A DNA stretch of 64,000 nucleotides. Source: Patescibacteria group bacterium UBA1388 (lineage in GTDB: Bacteria > Patescibacteriota > Microgenomatia > UBA1400 > PJMF01). Below, piece by piece: positions 1-8,353 of the stretch; the stretch's first letter is position 1; each line of letters starts with the position of its first letter. Made by a program: the position numbers and the translations under genes. The stretch covers positions 4,720 through 68,719 of the forward strand of contig DBQS01000014.1 of the NCBI GenBank assembly GCA_002305355.1. Reading direction: 5' to 3'. The notes beneath the pieces were generated by a model. That model searched no databases. It was not told the origin of the DNA and was given only the letters and a program-made list of their open reading frames with translations.

Positions 1-441
1 ATTGGTGTTTGGGGCAATATTTTGTTGAACCTCAACCAAAGGTGTAGGTTGCTCTTCTGTTAGTGGCGTTGCTGAAGCTTCAATCTGTGCTGGCAAGTCA
101 AACGTTTCAAGCAAACCGCTTTCAGACTTCCTAACGCCAATGTTCCTGCTCTCACAAGTTGGATAAGCACTAATCCACTCAACCGTATTTTGCTTGCATT
201 GGACAAAATTGCTTTCCTGCTCACTTCCACATAAGAGATTAACAATGTCTTGTTTCTCTGCCTCAGTAGGCTGCCTAACTTGGCATGGTATCCCTGTGTA
301 TCCCAATTGCTCGCCATTGTATGGAGCCATCCAACCTTGCTTCACACCCATGTCTTGAGCAATGCCCCAATTGTTGGCAAAAGCGGGCTGAACTGCAAAA
401 ATAAAAAAGACAAATAATGCTACAGACAGTTTTGATTTCAT
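1..441 (-). CDS. Secreted hypothetical protein (runs off left edge; not in ORF track)
   Basis: Manual translation from ATG at 441: [26 protein letters not shown]..., Sec signal with AFA cleavage site, open to base 1. GAGGA upstream; ATGA overlap with the upstream helicase stop. Confidence 0.75.
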   Translation of the reverse strand, partial: MKSKLSVALFVFFIFAVQPAFANNWGIAQDMGVKQGWMAPYNGEQLGYTGIPCQVRQPTEAEKQDIVNLLCGSEQESNFVQCKQNTVEWISAYPTCESRNIGVRKSESGLLETFDLPAQIEASATPLTEEQPTPLVEVQQNIAPNTN

Positions 442-767
442 AATTGTTCCTCTGAGGACTGATTGCCTCCACTCATAAAAGCTACCACACTACTATCCAC
501 AATCACGTCTTCTCTATAAACATCACGTTTTAGGTAAAGTGTTTCTAGTTGTGTGCAACGGCTCAACGCCACATACGTCTGACCATGAGCAAAAGCACCA
601 TCACCGAGGTCAATCACTACGCTGCTATACGTCTGTCCTTGTGACTTGTGGATAGTAATTGCCCAAGCTAACCGCAGCGGGAACTGGCGAAACGTGCTAA
701 CCACGTCTTCTTCAACTTTCTGCTCCTCACGGTTGTAGTAGTAACTAATTTTGCTCCAAGTTTCAGG
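438..767 (-). pseudogene. C-terminal fragment of Pif1/RecD-like SF1B helicase
   Basis: [46 protein letters not shown]...[10 protein letters not shown] holds the late helicase motifs. The frame is closed by TAG at 768-770 and no Walker A is present. Confidence 0.85.
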
Positions 768-1158
768 CTAATCACTAAAGATAAGTTTGAGGAAATTCGT
801 AAAAAAGCTGAAAAAAATGAAGATGAATTAACACAAAAACTTGCCAATCTTGAAAAAGCTAATCGTGAGTACTATATCACTGTTTCAAGCCTGGTAGAGA
901 TTGCTTCTCGCTCGGCTAATATCTTCTCTCGTTCTAAACCTCATGAAAAAAGAGCTCTTTTGAATTTGGTACTTCAGAACGTAGTCTTAGATGGTGAAAA
1001 GGTGCGATATAAAGCCAAATTCCCATTCTCAATCGTTCTAAAATACGCACCGAGTTCAAATTGGCTCGAGAAATGGTATGAATTCGGAAAAGTTGATTGG
1101 GTCAGCGAGCTGTAGTATCCGGAGTGGACCACCAAAGAAGTGAATAGATTCCTGCAGC
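768..1158 (+). pseudogene. C-terminal fragment of a probable large serine recombinase
   Basis: Manual translation LITKDKFEEIRKKAE...YYITVSSLVEIASRSANIFSRSKPHEKRALLNLVLQNVVLDGEKVRYKAKFPF...SSNWL resembles the coiled-coil tail of integrative serine recombinases. No start codon, TAG at 1113-1115, cut by the IS. Confidence 0.55.
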
Positions 1159-1220
1159 TGACCTGCTCCCCTAATAATAAACACAGACTGTAAAATAGCA
1201 GTCGTGTGAAAGGGGGGAAA

Positions 1221-1469
1221 ATGGCAGGAATTTCAGGAGAAGTGAAAGCCGAGATATTGGCTAAAGTCAAATCTGGACAAAAAGTTTCAGAGTTAGCCAA
1301 ACAATATGGGGTCAGTGACAAAACAATATACAATTGGCTACGTGGCCAGATAACAGAGCAAGTAAGCTACCGAGAATATAAGCGGGTGATGAAAGAAAAT
1401 GAGGACTTGAAGAATATTCTAGGAGTACTCACACTCGAGTTGGAGAAGGCAAAAAAAAAGAAAAGATGA
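1221..1469 (+). CDS. IS3 OrfA (HTH)
   Basis: KVSELAKQYGVSDKTIYNW helix-turn-helix plus leucine-zipper-like ENEDLKNILG; G-rich RBS. Confidence 0.85.
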   Translation: MAGISGEVKAEILAKVKSGQKVSELAKQYGVSDKTIYNWLRGQITEQVSYREYKRVMKENEDLKNILGVLTLELEKAKKKKR

Positions 1470-2319
1470 ATTTGTCACCGAAGTACTTAAAAAACATCCT
1501 CAAACCAGCAAAAAGTTGTTATCCAAGAGCTTAACAATTTCTCGTCGAGGAATATACCAGAAGCGTACTGCAAGGCTAAACAAAGACGCCATTCTCAAGG
1601 AATAAATCTTGGCAGTTTTGGCAGAGCATCCCAGCTATGGCTACCGAAGGATTGCTTTGGCACTTGGTATGGGCGAAAAGTGAATACGCAGATGTATGAA
1701 GCTGTATGAAATCAAGCCATACAAGAGAAAAGCGCGGTGGAGAAAAAGACGGGATGAAAGAAGAAAACCAGCTCCATTCCAAAACCAGATTAAGAACCAG
1801 TTTCCCATTGTACCCAACCATACTTGGGTGGGAGACTTCACTTACTTGCCTTTCAAGGGAAAATTCTTGTACTTAGCCACTTTCATGGACTTGTTCACCA
1901 GAGAAATTGTGGGTTGGCAGGTTTCTCGTAAACACGACAAAAATCTGGTGGCACAGGCCTTCTTTGATGGACTGGTTAACAGAGATTTCCAAAAACCACA
2001 CTACATCCACACCGACCAAGGAGCAGAATATACCAGCCAAAACTATACCAAATTAGTCCAAGATTTTGGCGTTACCGTTTCCATTAGTACCAAGTCTTCT
2101 CCTTGGGAAAATGGCTACCAAGAATCTTTTTACAACAACTTTAAAACAGACCTAGGTCTTGAGTTTGACCGCTTCGATGACGAAGGACATTTCCTAGAGG
2201 CTATTCAACACACACTGTACGAATACAACCACAAAAGAATTCACTCCACACTTAAAATGCCACCCTCCAGATTTCACGCCGAGTATTTACACTCCGTGTG
2301 CACAAAAAGGGGTGCTTGA
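1451..2319 (+). pseudogene. IS3 OrfB DDE transposase with premature stops
   Basis: HPSYGYRRI, WVGDFTY, HTDQGAEY, ENGYQESFY, YNHKRIHSTL motifs; in-frame TAA 1603-1605 and TGA 1681-1683. Confidence 0.85.
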
Positions 2320-2368
2320 CAAGGAAGGTTTTAGTCAGAGATTTCGAATGATATTTTCCCCTTGAGCT

Positions 2369-2383
2369 TGCTATACTAAACTT
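2369..2383 (+). promoter_or_regulatory. Extended -10 promoter of pilD (leaderless-type)
   Basis: TGC-TATACT-AAACTT directly before ATG; no SD. Confidence 0.6.
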
Positions 2384-3202
2384 ATGTTGTGGCCGTGGAT
2401 GTTGTTGACTGGTTTATTTTTGTTTTTGCTTGGTGCCGCCATGGGTAGCTTTTTAAACGTGATTATTTATCGGACTAATAAAAAAGAAAGCTGGGTGCGG
2501 GGTCGGTCTTATTGTGAAAGTTGCGGCAAACAAATTGCTTGGTATGACAACATTCCCCTCCTCTCCTATGCAATCCTCCGGGGCAAGTGCCGCCACTGCC
2601 GGAAAAAAATTGACATTGCTCACCCAGCGGTTGAACTCTTAACCGGAATTTTATTTGTTTGGTGGTACTTTGCCATCTTCATGTTTTTCAAACTGACTCA
2701 ACAGCCGTTTGTGGTGTTACAACCGGTTTTTTGGTTAAGCGTAGGCATGATTTTATTGGTAATTTTTATAATTGATCTGAGGTTGATGATTATTCCAGAC
2801 ACTTTAACAGTAGCTCTGCTGGTAATTGTTTTACTTTACCGGGTTGGGTTGGTCACTGCTGGTATCATGCAAGTACCAGACTTTGGGATGGCAATGCTGA
2901 CAATGATTGGGGCGACCGCTTTTTTCTTTGGGATTTGGTTGCTCACGCGGGGAAGGGGTATGGGTTTTGGCGATGTCAAACTGGCAGCGCCGCTCGGGTT
3001 ACTGCTGGGCTGGCCCGCCGCCATCGTGTGGCTGTTCTCGGCTTTCATTATTGGCGGTGTGGTGGGTGTTGGTTTGCTGTGTGCTAAAAAGGCCAAGATG
3101 AAACAAGCTGTGCCGTTTGGCCCTTTTTTGATCTTGGGTACTTTGATTGCTTTAATTTGGGGCAACAAAATTTTCAGTTGGTACGTGGGGTTAATTATCT
3201 AG
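2384..3202 (+). CDS. pilD: Prepilin peptidase (A24 with N-terminal Zn domain)
   Basis: GSFLNV, RSYCESC...CRHC, IDL, GMGFGDVKL, VPFGPFL motifs; multiple TM helices. Confidence 0.95.
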   Translation: MLWPWMLLTGLFLFLLGAAMGSFLNVIIYRTNKKESWVRGRSYCESCGKQIAWYDNIPLLSYAILRGKCRHCRKKIDIAHPAVELLTGILFVWWYFAIFMFFKLTQQPFVVLQPVFWLSVGMILLVIFIIDLRLMIIPDTLTVALLVIVLLYRVGLVTAGIMQVPDFGMAMLTMIGATAFFFGIWLLTRGRGMGFGDVKLAAPLGLLLGWPAAIVWLFSAFIIGGVVGVGLLCAKKAKMKQAVPFGPFLILGTLIALIWGNKIFSWYVGLII

Positions 3203-3337
3203 CTGTTGTTTTTCAAATTTCAAGTAATTATTAAGTTGCGATCGTTCTTCTTTTGCACTAATTTTCAAACGTCAAATTTTAGTCATGGATTGGTTCTACA
3301 CTTTATTAAAGGTTGATCAACTATGATGCTCACACGT

Positions 3338-3406
3338 GGGCCTGCGCTGGTGCGAGACTACATCTGATAAATTTGGTCTACGGGTTCGAGTCCCGTCGGT
3401 CCACCA
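3338..3406 (+). pseudogene. Degenerate tRNA-Ile(GAU)-like sequence
   Basis: GGGCCTG 5' end, CTGATAA anticodon loop, intact T arm ACGGG-TTCGAGT-CCCGT, ends CGGTCC-A-CCA. D arm and anticodon stem are broken and the acceptor 3' strand is one base short. Confidence 0.65.
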
Positions 3407-3410
3407 AAAT

Positions 3411-3432
3411 TGAACTGAGTATGAACTGAGTA
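3411..3432. repeat. 11-bp perfect tandem repeat x2
   Basis: TGAACTGAGTA TGAACTGAGTA, 4 bp after the tRNA-like CCA. Confidence 0.85.
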
Positions 3433-3508
3433 TTAACAATCGGCGATATTTTGATAGAATGAGATCCATCAGATGTGGTCGTTATGAAACACTAGCGAGA
3501 CCAACATC

Positions 3509-3535
3509 AAATCCCGCTTTACAGCGGGATTTTTT
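3509..3535 (+). terminator. Rho-independent terminator
   Basis: AAATCCCGC-tttaca-GCGGGATTT followed by T-run. Confidence 0.8.
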
Positions 3536-3684
3536 GTGCTTTTTCTTCCATGATCGATAAGCTTGTTTATACAGTTCATGTCAGCTTGGCGAGTTATATT
3601 GCAAGCATGAAGGGGTGTAGTTTTCTTGTCATAAGTAATACCAGCTTAAAAGCAATATAATTTATATTGAAAAATATACATATT

Positions 3685-3972
3685 ATGATAAGATTGAAGC
3701 ACGTTAGTTTTGAGTGGAATGTGAATAAGAATTTAGAAAACCAACTCAAACATGGGGTTTCATTTGAGGAGGCGCAGTGGGCTTTTACCGACATCAACCG
3801 CGTGATCATAGAAGACTTGGATCACAGCACATCAGAAAGACGCTACTTTTGCTTAGGCAAAGTGGCACGAGGTATTTTAACAGTGCGCTTTACCTATCGA
3901 GCAAACACTATCCGGATTTATGGTGCGGGATACTGGCGAAAAGGAAGGAGACGATATGAAGATGAGCAATAA
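3685..3972 (+). CDS. brnT: BrnT-family toxin
   Basis: FEWNVNKNLENQLKHGVSFEEA...DHSTSERRY...LTVRFTYR...IRIYGA signature. Confidence 0.9.
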   Translation: MIRLKHVSFEWNVNKNLENQLKHGVSFEEAQWAFTDINRVIIEDLDHSTSERRYFCLGKVARGILTVRFTYRANTIRIYGAGYWRKGRRRYEDEQ

Positions 3973-4195
3973 ACAAATTACATATCAAAATGAACCGATG
4001 CAGATGGGCAAGCGGACTAAGGATTTTCTACCTCGTCCTGAAGAATTAGTTTTCAGACCCAAGGGAGTAAAAGTGACGATTACCATGAGCGAAGACAGCA
4101 TCAACTATTTCAAAGATCAAGCCGGGTTGTTGAAAACCCCTTATCAGCGCATGATTCGTAATTTAATTGATGAGTACGTCCGCCAAATGCGCTAG
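3956..4195 (+). CDS. brnA: BrnA/CopG-type RHH antitoxin
   Basis: DFLPRPEEL...KVTITMSEDSINYFK...PYQRMIRNLIDEY; overlaps the toxin stop. Confidence 0.8.
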   Translation: MKMSNKQITYQNEPMQMGKRTKDFLPRPEELVFRPKGVKVTITMSEDSINYFKDQAGLLKTPYQRMIRNLIDEYVRQMR

Positions 4196-4262
4196 TTTTC
4201 TGAAACTGTAGTGCGATTATGTTCTTGAGTAGCCAGAGAAATGTGTTTATACTTAAAAAAGT

Positions 4263-5252
4263 ATGAGATTTATCTCTTCTTTTTTGATGTTGTCTGCCCT
4301 CCTCTTGGTGGTGATTATCTCAGGGTTTTTGTTGGTGCGTGAGTACTTTTTATACCAGGGTGTCAAAGAATTTAAGCGTTCGGTGGTGACTCTCAATCAA
4401 GAAGGTCAGACTGCAGTGGCTGAGTGTAATCAGCGAGCAGAAAGTGTTGCAGTAAGTAGTGGCATTAATGACACTATTTTGCAATTACGTTTTACATCAA
4501 ATAAGGACTATGTTTTGGAAGTGATTTGTGCTGAGTTTGCGTTTGATCCGATTGAGATTGGCAGCTATAGTTTAAATCCATACATCACTAAAAAACCAGG
4601 CACATCTGGTATTGTTTTGAATCAAGGCCTGAGCGCCGTGGAATTGGCAGTCTTTGAGGACATTGCTAAGGAGATTGGGGAATTATTAGATCTAGATTTG
4701 CAATTTTTAGTTAAAACTCAAATTGTGGGGGTAGAAAATTCCTTTGTGACCGAAATCATCGTCGATGATGACCTGGGGGTTGGTCCTCTTACCTCCTGTG
4801 AGGGTTATGGCTTTAAGTGTTGTGACCCGGTGGCGGAAATTGGTATTGGGGAAAAGATGGAAAATGTTCAGGGGTGTGAGAGCGGTTGCTTCCAAGCTTG
4901 TACCACCCGACCGGCAGTAGTGTCTTTTACTTCCAATCCTTTTTTTGATGTAGCTACCCGCCAGGTGCGCGTGCAACCAGGAGAAATCATTGATTTTAAT
5001 TATGTGGTTGATCCTGGTAAAAACCAGCTGACAGCGGTTTCCATAGACTTTGGTGATGGTAAGACTGAGCAATTAGTGACTGATACTGGGGCAGTGAGTC
5101 ACGCCTATACTTGCGCCACCAGTGGCTGCACTTATACCGCCAGCGTGCAAGCGGTGGATGAAATGGATAACACTTCGGTTGCTACTTCAATTAGTCAATT
5201 AACGATTGTGGTGGGTATGCCTGCTCCAGAGGCAGAAGTGACGATTAATTAA
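4263..5252 (+). CDS. Membrane-anchored Cys-rich protein with C-terminal PKD domain
   Basis: N-terminal TM, CEGYGFKCCD...C..GCFQAC cluster, IDFGDG...SHAY PKD motif; heads the pilin run. Confidence 0.75.
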   Translation: MRFISSFLMLSALLLVVIISGFLLVREYFLYQGVKEFKRSVVTLNQEGQTAVAECNQRAESVAVSSGINDTILQLRFTSNKDYVLEVICAEFAFDPIEIGSYSLNPYITKKPGTSGIVLNQGLSAVELAVFEDIAKEIGELLDLDLQFLVKTQIVGVENSFVTEIIVDDDLGVGPLTSCEGYGFKCCDPVAEIGIGEKMENVQGCESGCFQACTTRPAVVSFTSNPFFDVATRQVRVQPGEIIDFNYVVDPGKNQLTAVSIDFGDGKTEQLVTDTGAVSHAYTCATSGCTYTASVQAVDEMDNTSVATSISQLTIVVGMPAPEAEVTIN

Positions 5253-5255
5253 AAT

Positions 5256-5762
5256 ATGTTAAAACGTCAATATCAGCAATTGCTACTCCCCTCCTCTAAT
5301 GGTAGCTGGCATTCTCAAGATGGCTGGACGTTAATTGAGCTCTTAACCGTCGTGGCGATTATTTCACTATTATCGATTGGTATCATGATGATCGTCTCTA
5401 CCCAACTTGGCCGTGCCCGCGACGCCACTCGCATTGCCGATTTGAAAGATACCCAGGTGTATTTGGAGAAGTACAGCATTGATCATGGGGCGCGGTATCC
5501 CATTTATCACAATAATGCCACCAAGGCACAAAATTTTCTTGATATGGCTGCAGTTTTGGCTAGCCAATACAATGAGTACGACGGATCAACGCGTGATCCG
5601 AAAAATTTACAGTATACATATCTTTCCTCGGGCGACGGAACAACCTACTGCATGTGCGCCGAGTTTGAAAGGCATGGGGAAAAAGCGAATTCTAATTCAA
5701 CGTGTGACTTTACAGTCTCAGAACAAGATGCAACTCACTATTGCCTAGTCAATAAACAATAG
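5256..5762 (+). CDS. Type IV pilin
   Basis: G|WTLIELL class III signal, ARDATRIADL, C-terminal YCMCA...C...YC. Confidence 0.9.
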   Translation: MLKRQYQQLLLPSSNGSWHSQDGWTLIELLTVVAIISLLSIGIMMIVSTQLGRARDATRIADLKDTQVYLEKYSIDHGARYPIYHNNATKAQNFLDMAAVLASQYNEYDGSTRDPKNLQYTYLSSGDGTTYCMCAEFERHGEKANSNSTCDFTVSEQDATHYCLVNKQ

Positions 5763-5795
5763 GTTAAGATGGAGGCAAGTTTACGAAAGATTCAT

Positions 5796-6212
5796 ATGAA
5801 GATATTTTCTCGATTTAATAAAAAAGGTTTTACATTAATTGAACTGTTGGCCGTGATCGCGATTATCGCTATCTTGGCGGCGATGGGCTTGGTGGCATAC
5901 AGTAGCGCGCAAGCAAGTGCAAGGGATGCCAAGAGAATTGGTGATATGAAGGTACTTCAGAATGCTTTCGAGCAGTATGCCGCAGATCATCAGGGTGCAT
6001 ACGCTAGTTGCGAAACAATGTGGAGTGATGCGCAAACTACAGTTCAACCCACAACGGATACACAGGGCGATAGTTATACCTGCACCGGAAATGCAACTTC
6101 ATACTGTGCTTGCTCATCAGTTCTTGAAACGGTGAGTAAGGCGAACTCAGGTGCTGCATGCAATTGGACTGCAGCATCACTTGATCGGTATTGTGTGGGA
6201 AGCTTACAGTAG
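5796..6212 (+). CDS. Type IV pilin (alternative start 5769)
   Basis: KKG|FTLIELL, ARDAKRIGD, Cys-rich C-terminus. Confidence 0.92.
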   Translation: MKIFSRFNKKGFTLIELLAVIAIIAILAAMGLVAYSSAQASARDAKRIGDMKVLQNAFEQYAADHQGAYASCETMWSDAQTTVQPTTDTQGDSYTCTGNATSYCACSSVLETVSKANSGAACNWTAASLDRYCVGSLQ

Positions 6213-6235
6213 CATAATTTATATATTAGGAATAT

Positions 6236-6658
6236 ATGGATAGAAAGAATTTTTTTTCGCAAGGATTCACTTTAATCGAATTACTAGTCGTCATTGCCAT
6301 CATCGCAATTCTAGCCGCTCTTGGTCTAGTCGCCTACTCTTCTGCCCAACGAAGTGCGCGGGATGCACAAAGAATGAGTACTGTTCGCGATATGGCGGCG
6401 GCCATGGAACAAGTCAAAGTGGAAACCGGAGATTATCCTACTTATATACCAAGCAATGGTGGATCCATCAGCGAAGGTACTGTTGAGTACGTGGTGCCAA
6501 CAGATCCTTCAAATCTTTCGGTTCTCAATAATAAGGTTGATGAGTTATGGTGTATATATTATGAGTTAGAACAAAATACAAAAGGAAATTGCGGAGGGTG
6601 TTCTGGAACTGACATAGATACTGGCACGGGCTTTGCTTGTGTAAGTAATAGACTCTAG
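6236..6658 (+). CDS. Type IV pilin
   Basis: QG|FTLIELL, ARDAQR, four C-terminal Cys. Confidence 0.92.
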   Translation: MDRKNFFSQGFTLIELLVVIAIIAILAALGLVAYSSAQRSARDAQRMSTVRDMAAAMEQVKVETGDYPTYIPSNGGSISEGTVEYVVPTDPSNLSVLNNKVDELWCIYYELEQNTKGNCGGCSGTDIDTGTGFACVSNRL

Positions 6659-6665
6659 GAATTAT

Positions 6666-7121
6666 ATGAACTGGAAAAATCAAAAAAGAAACAACGGTTT
6701 TACCTTGGTGGAGTTGTTAGTGGTGATGACCATTATTGTGGTTTTGGCTTCCGTGGGGTTAGTGAGTTATCGCAATGCTAGCATCACAGCAAGAGATGCC
6801 AAGAGAAAAGCAGATATCGAGGCAGTGAGACAAGCGCTAGTTCTGTATAAACAGGAAAATACGTTATACCCTCAGCCTAGTGAAACAGATCAGTTTCTGC
6901 GATTTACTAGTGTAGTTGGTACTTTAGTGAATAATGGATTTCTTTCAGCTCCAGGTCCAAGCGATCCAACGAGATATGCATATACAAGGAAAGATTCTGG
7001 TCAAGGATTTTGTGTTTGCGCTACCCTAGAGGGAACTAATAACAAAGGTAATGCAACTACCTCTAGTGGTAACTGTACTATTACTGGATCTGGCAATTTT
7101 TACTGCGCGAAGAATCCTTAA
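6666..7121 (+). CDS. Type IV pilin (GspG-like)
   Basis: NG|FTLVELL, ARDAKRKADIE..RQALVLY...YP, FCVCATLE...FYC. Confidence 0.92.
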   Translation: MNWKNQKRNNGFTLVELLVVMTIIVVLASVGLVSYRNASITARDAKRKADIEAVRQALVLYKQENTLYPQPSETDQFLRFTSVVGTLVNNGFLSAPGPSDPTRYAYTRKDSGQGFCVCATLEGTNNKGNATTSSGNCTITGSGNFYCAKNP

Positions 7122-7125
7122 TTTC

Positions 7126-7656
7126 ATGCATGCAATGCCCAAAATTCAACTTCCCTACTTCAAACAAACAGGCTTCACCCTAATTGAATTGTTAGTAGTG
7201 GTGGCGATTACTTCGATTGTGGTGGGTGGCTCCATAGCTGGGTTTACTACTTTTGCCAAAAAGCAGGAAGTTTTGACTGCGACGCAAGAAGTGCGGCAAT
7301 TGTTTGTGAGTGCTAAAACCAAGGCTCAGGTTCAAGAAACACCGGCAGCATGTGATGGGGATACCGCAGGCGAAAAGCCATTACAGGGTTATCAGGTAGT
7401 AAAAACAGGGTCAGTGATAAAAATACAGCCTTTGTGCGGAGACACTATTGATGCAGCAATTGTTCCAGCCTCTCCCGGAACGCATCCCTCTTTTACAATT
7501 CCAACGGGTGTTGATGTGAGCATGAATACTATCAAATTTTTCACACTGAATAATGGAGTATTTCCTGCATCCGGTCAAATAATTACAGTTTCGGGAAATA
7601 CAAAAACTTACACTTTTACGATCAGTACAGGAGGGGCAATATCGGATGTTCAATAA
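7126..7656 (+). CDS. Minor pilin (FimT/GspH-like)
   Basis: TG|FTLIELL, AKTKAQ, terminal TISTGGAI pattern; start reassigned to ATG 7126. Confidence 0.85.
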   Translation: MHAMPKIQLPYFKQTGFTLIELLVVVAITSIVVGGSIAGFTTFAKKQEVLTATQEVRQLFVSAKTKAQVQETPAACDGDTAGEKPLQGYQVVKTGSVIKIQPLCGDTIDAAIVPASPGTHPSFTIPTGVDVSMNTIKFFTLNNGVFPASGQIITVSGNTKTYTFTISTGGAISDVQ

Positions 7657-8086
7657 AACCAAAACAGCTGGTTTTACCCTGGTAGAAGTGCTGGTAGCAG
7701 TGGTGATTGTGGCGTTAGTGCTGACCGCCATTGCAGCGGCACTTTCATTCTCAGTCAAAAATAGCGCTCAGGCAGATTACAGGCAAGTGGCCACTAGATA
7801 TGCGCAAGACGCGATTGATATTATTAGGCAAAAGCGGGCAACTGATGGGTGGAACAGTTTTTATTCCACATATTTGCCACCAAGTGGACAAAGTAGATGC
7901 CTTCAAAGCAATGGCACATTAACACCCACTCCTTGTGCAGCCTGGAATACTAACGGCACAAACTATACGAGGGTAATTAAAGTGGACAAGACAACTGGTA
8001 CAGCGACCATCACTGTCACTGTGTCTTGGCAAGATGGCTCAGCCACGCGGGATGTAGAAGTCGTCCAAAAATTGTTTGATTATTAG
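7646..8086 (+). CDS. Minor pilin (PilV/GspI-like)
   Basis: AG|FTLVEVLVA, ATRYAQDAIDIIR, YTR...ITVTVSW. Confidence 0.88.
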   Translation: MFNKTKTAGFTLVEVLVAVVIVALVLTAIAAALSFSVKNSAQADYRQVATRYAQDAIDIIRQKRATDGWNSFYSTYLPPSGQSRCLQSNGTLTPTPCAAWNTNGTNYTRVIKVDKTTGTATITVTVSWQDGSATRDVEVVQKLFDY

Positions 8087-8251
8087 ATTACTTCTCTCCC
8101 CTACCCGCACAAAATTTCCACTCAGCTATGTTTACTAATGGTCATCGACTAAGCAAAAATCAGCGGAAATGTGCATTTTATCCCGCCTTGGCGGAAAAAG
8201 CCGATCGTGAAATCGGGGATATAGGCCAAGAAAAGCCACGGCAGAATTCCG

Positions 8252-8296
8252 CCAAAAAAGCCACAAACCCCAACCGCAAGGTTGTGGGAGTGGCTT
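8252..8296 (-). terminator. Long hairpin terminator, probably bidirectional
   Basis: AAGCCAC-aaa-CCC-CAACC-GCAA-GGTTG-t-GGG-a-GTGGCTT; T6 follows on the minus strand; lies between convergent operons. Confidence 0.7.
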
Positions 8297-8353
8297 CATT
8301 TACAACTTGAAACCCAGAGCTCAAGCTAGTCTGCAAATCGATGGGGAGGTTAA

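Larger units (their letters stand above)
1159..2321 (+). mobile_element. IS3-family insertion sequence (inactivated)
   Basis: TG...CA ends with imperfect IRs (TGACCTGCTCCCCT vs revcomp TGTCAAGCACCCCT), HTH orfA, A9G run, rve/DDE orfB. No clear target duplication. Confidence 0.9.

Noticed and set aside
60-472. ORF-track entries 60..317 and 275..472
   Set aside because: Alternative frames of the signal-peptide ORF 1-441.
1603-1683. Stop-codon recoding suggested by in-frame stops in IS orfB
   Set aside because: Stops include TAA, and housekeeping genes are intact and end in TGA (rnc, recG, miaA, comM), so this is IS decay.
8191-8245. Resemblance to a c-di-GMP-I (GEMM) riboswitch (CCGATC-GTGA-AATCGG ... 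AAAGCCACGG)
   Set aside because: Lacks the GCAAA and GACGCAAAGC junctions and the tetraloop receptor, and no established same-strand gene follows.
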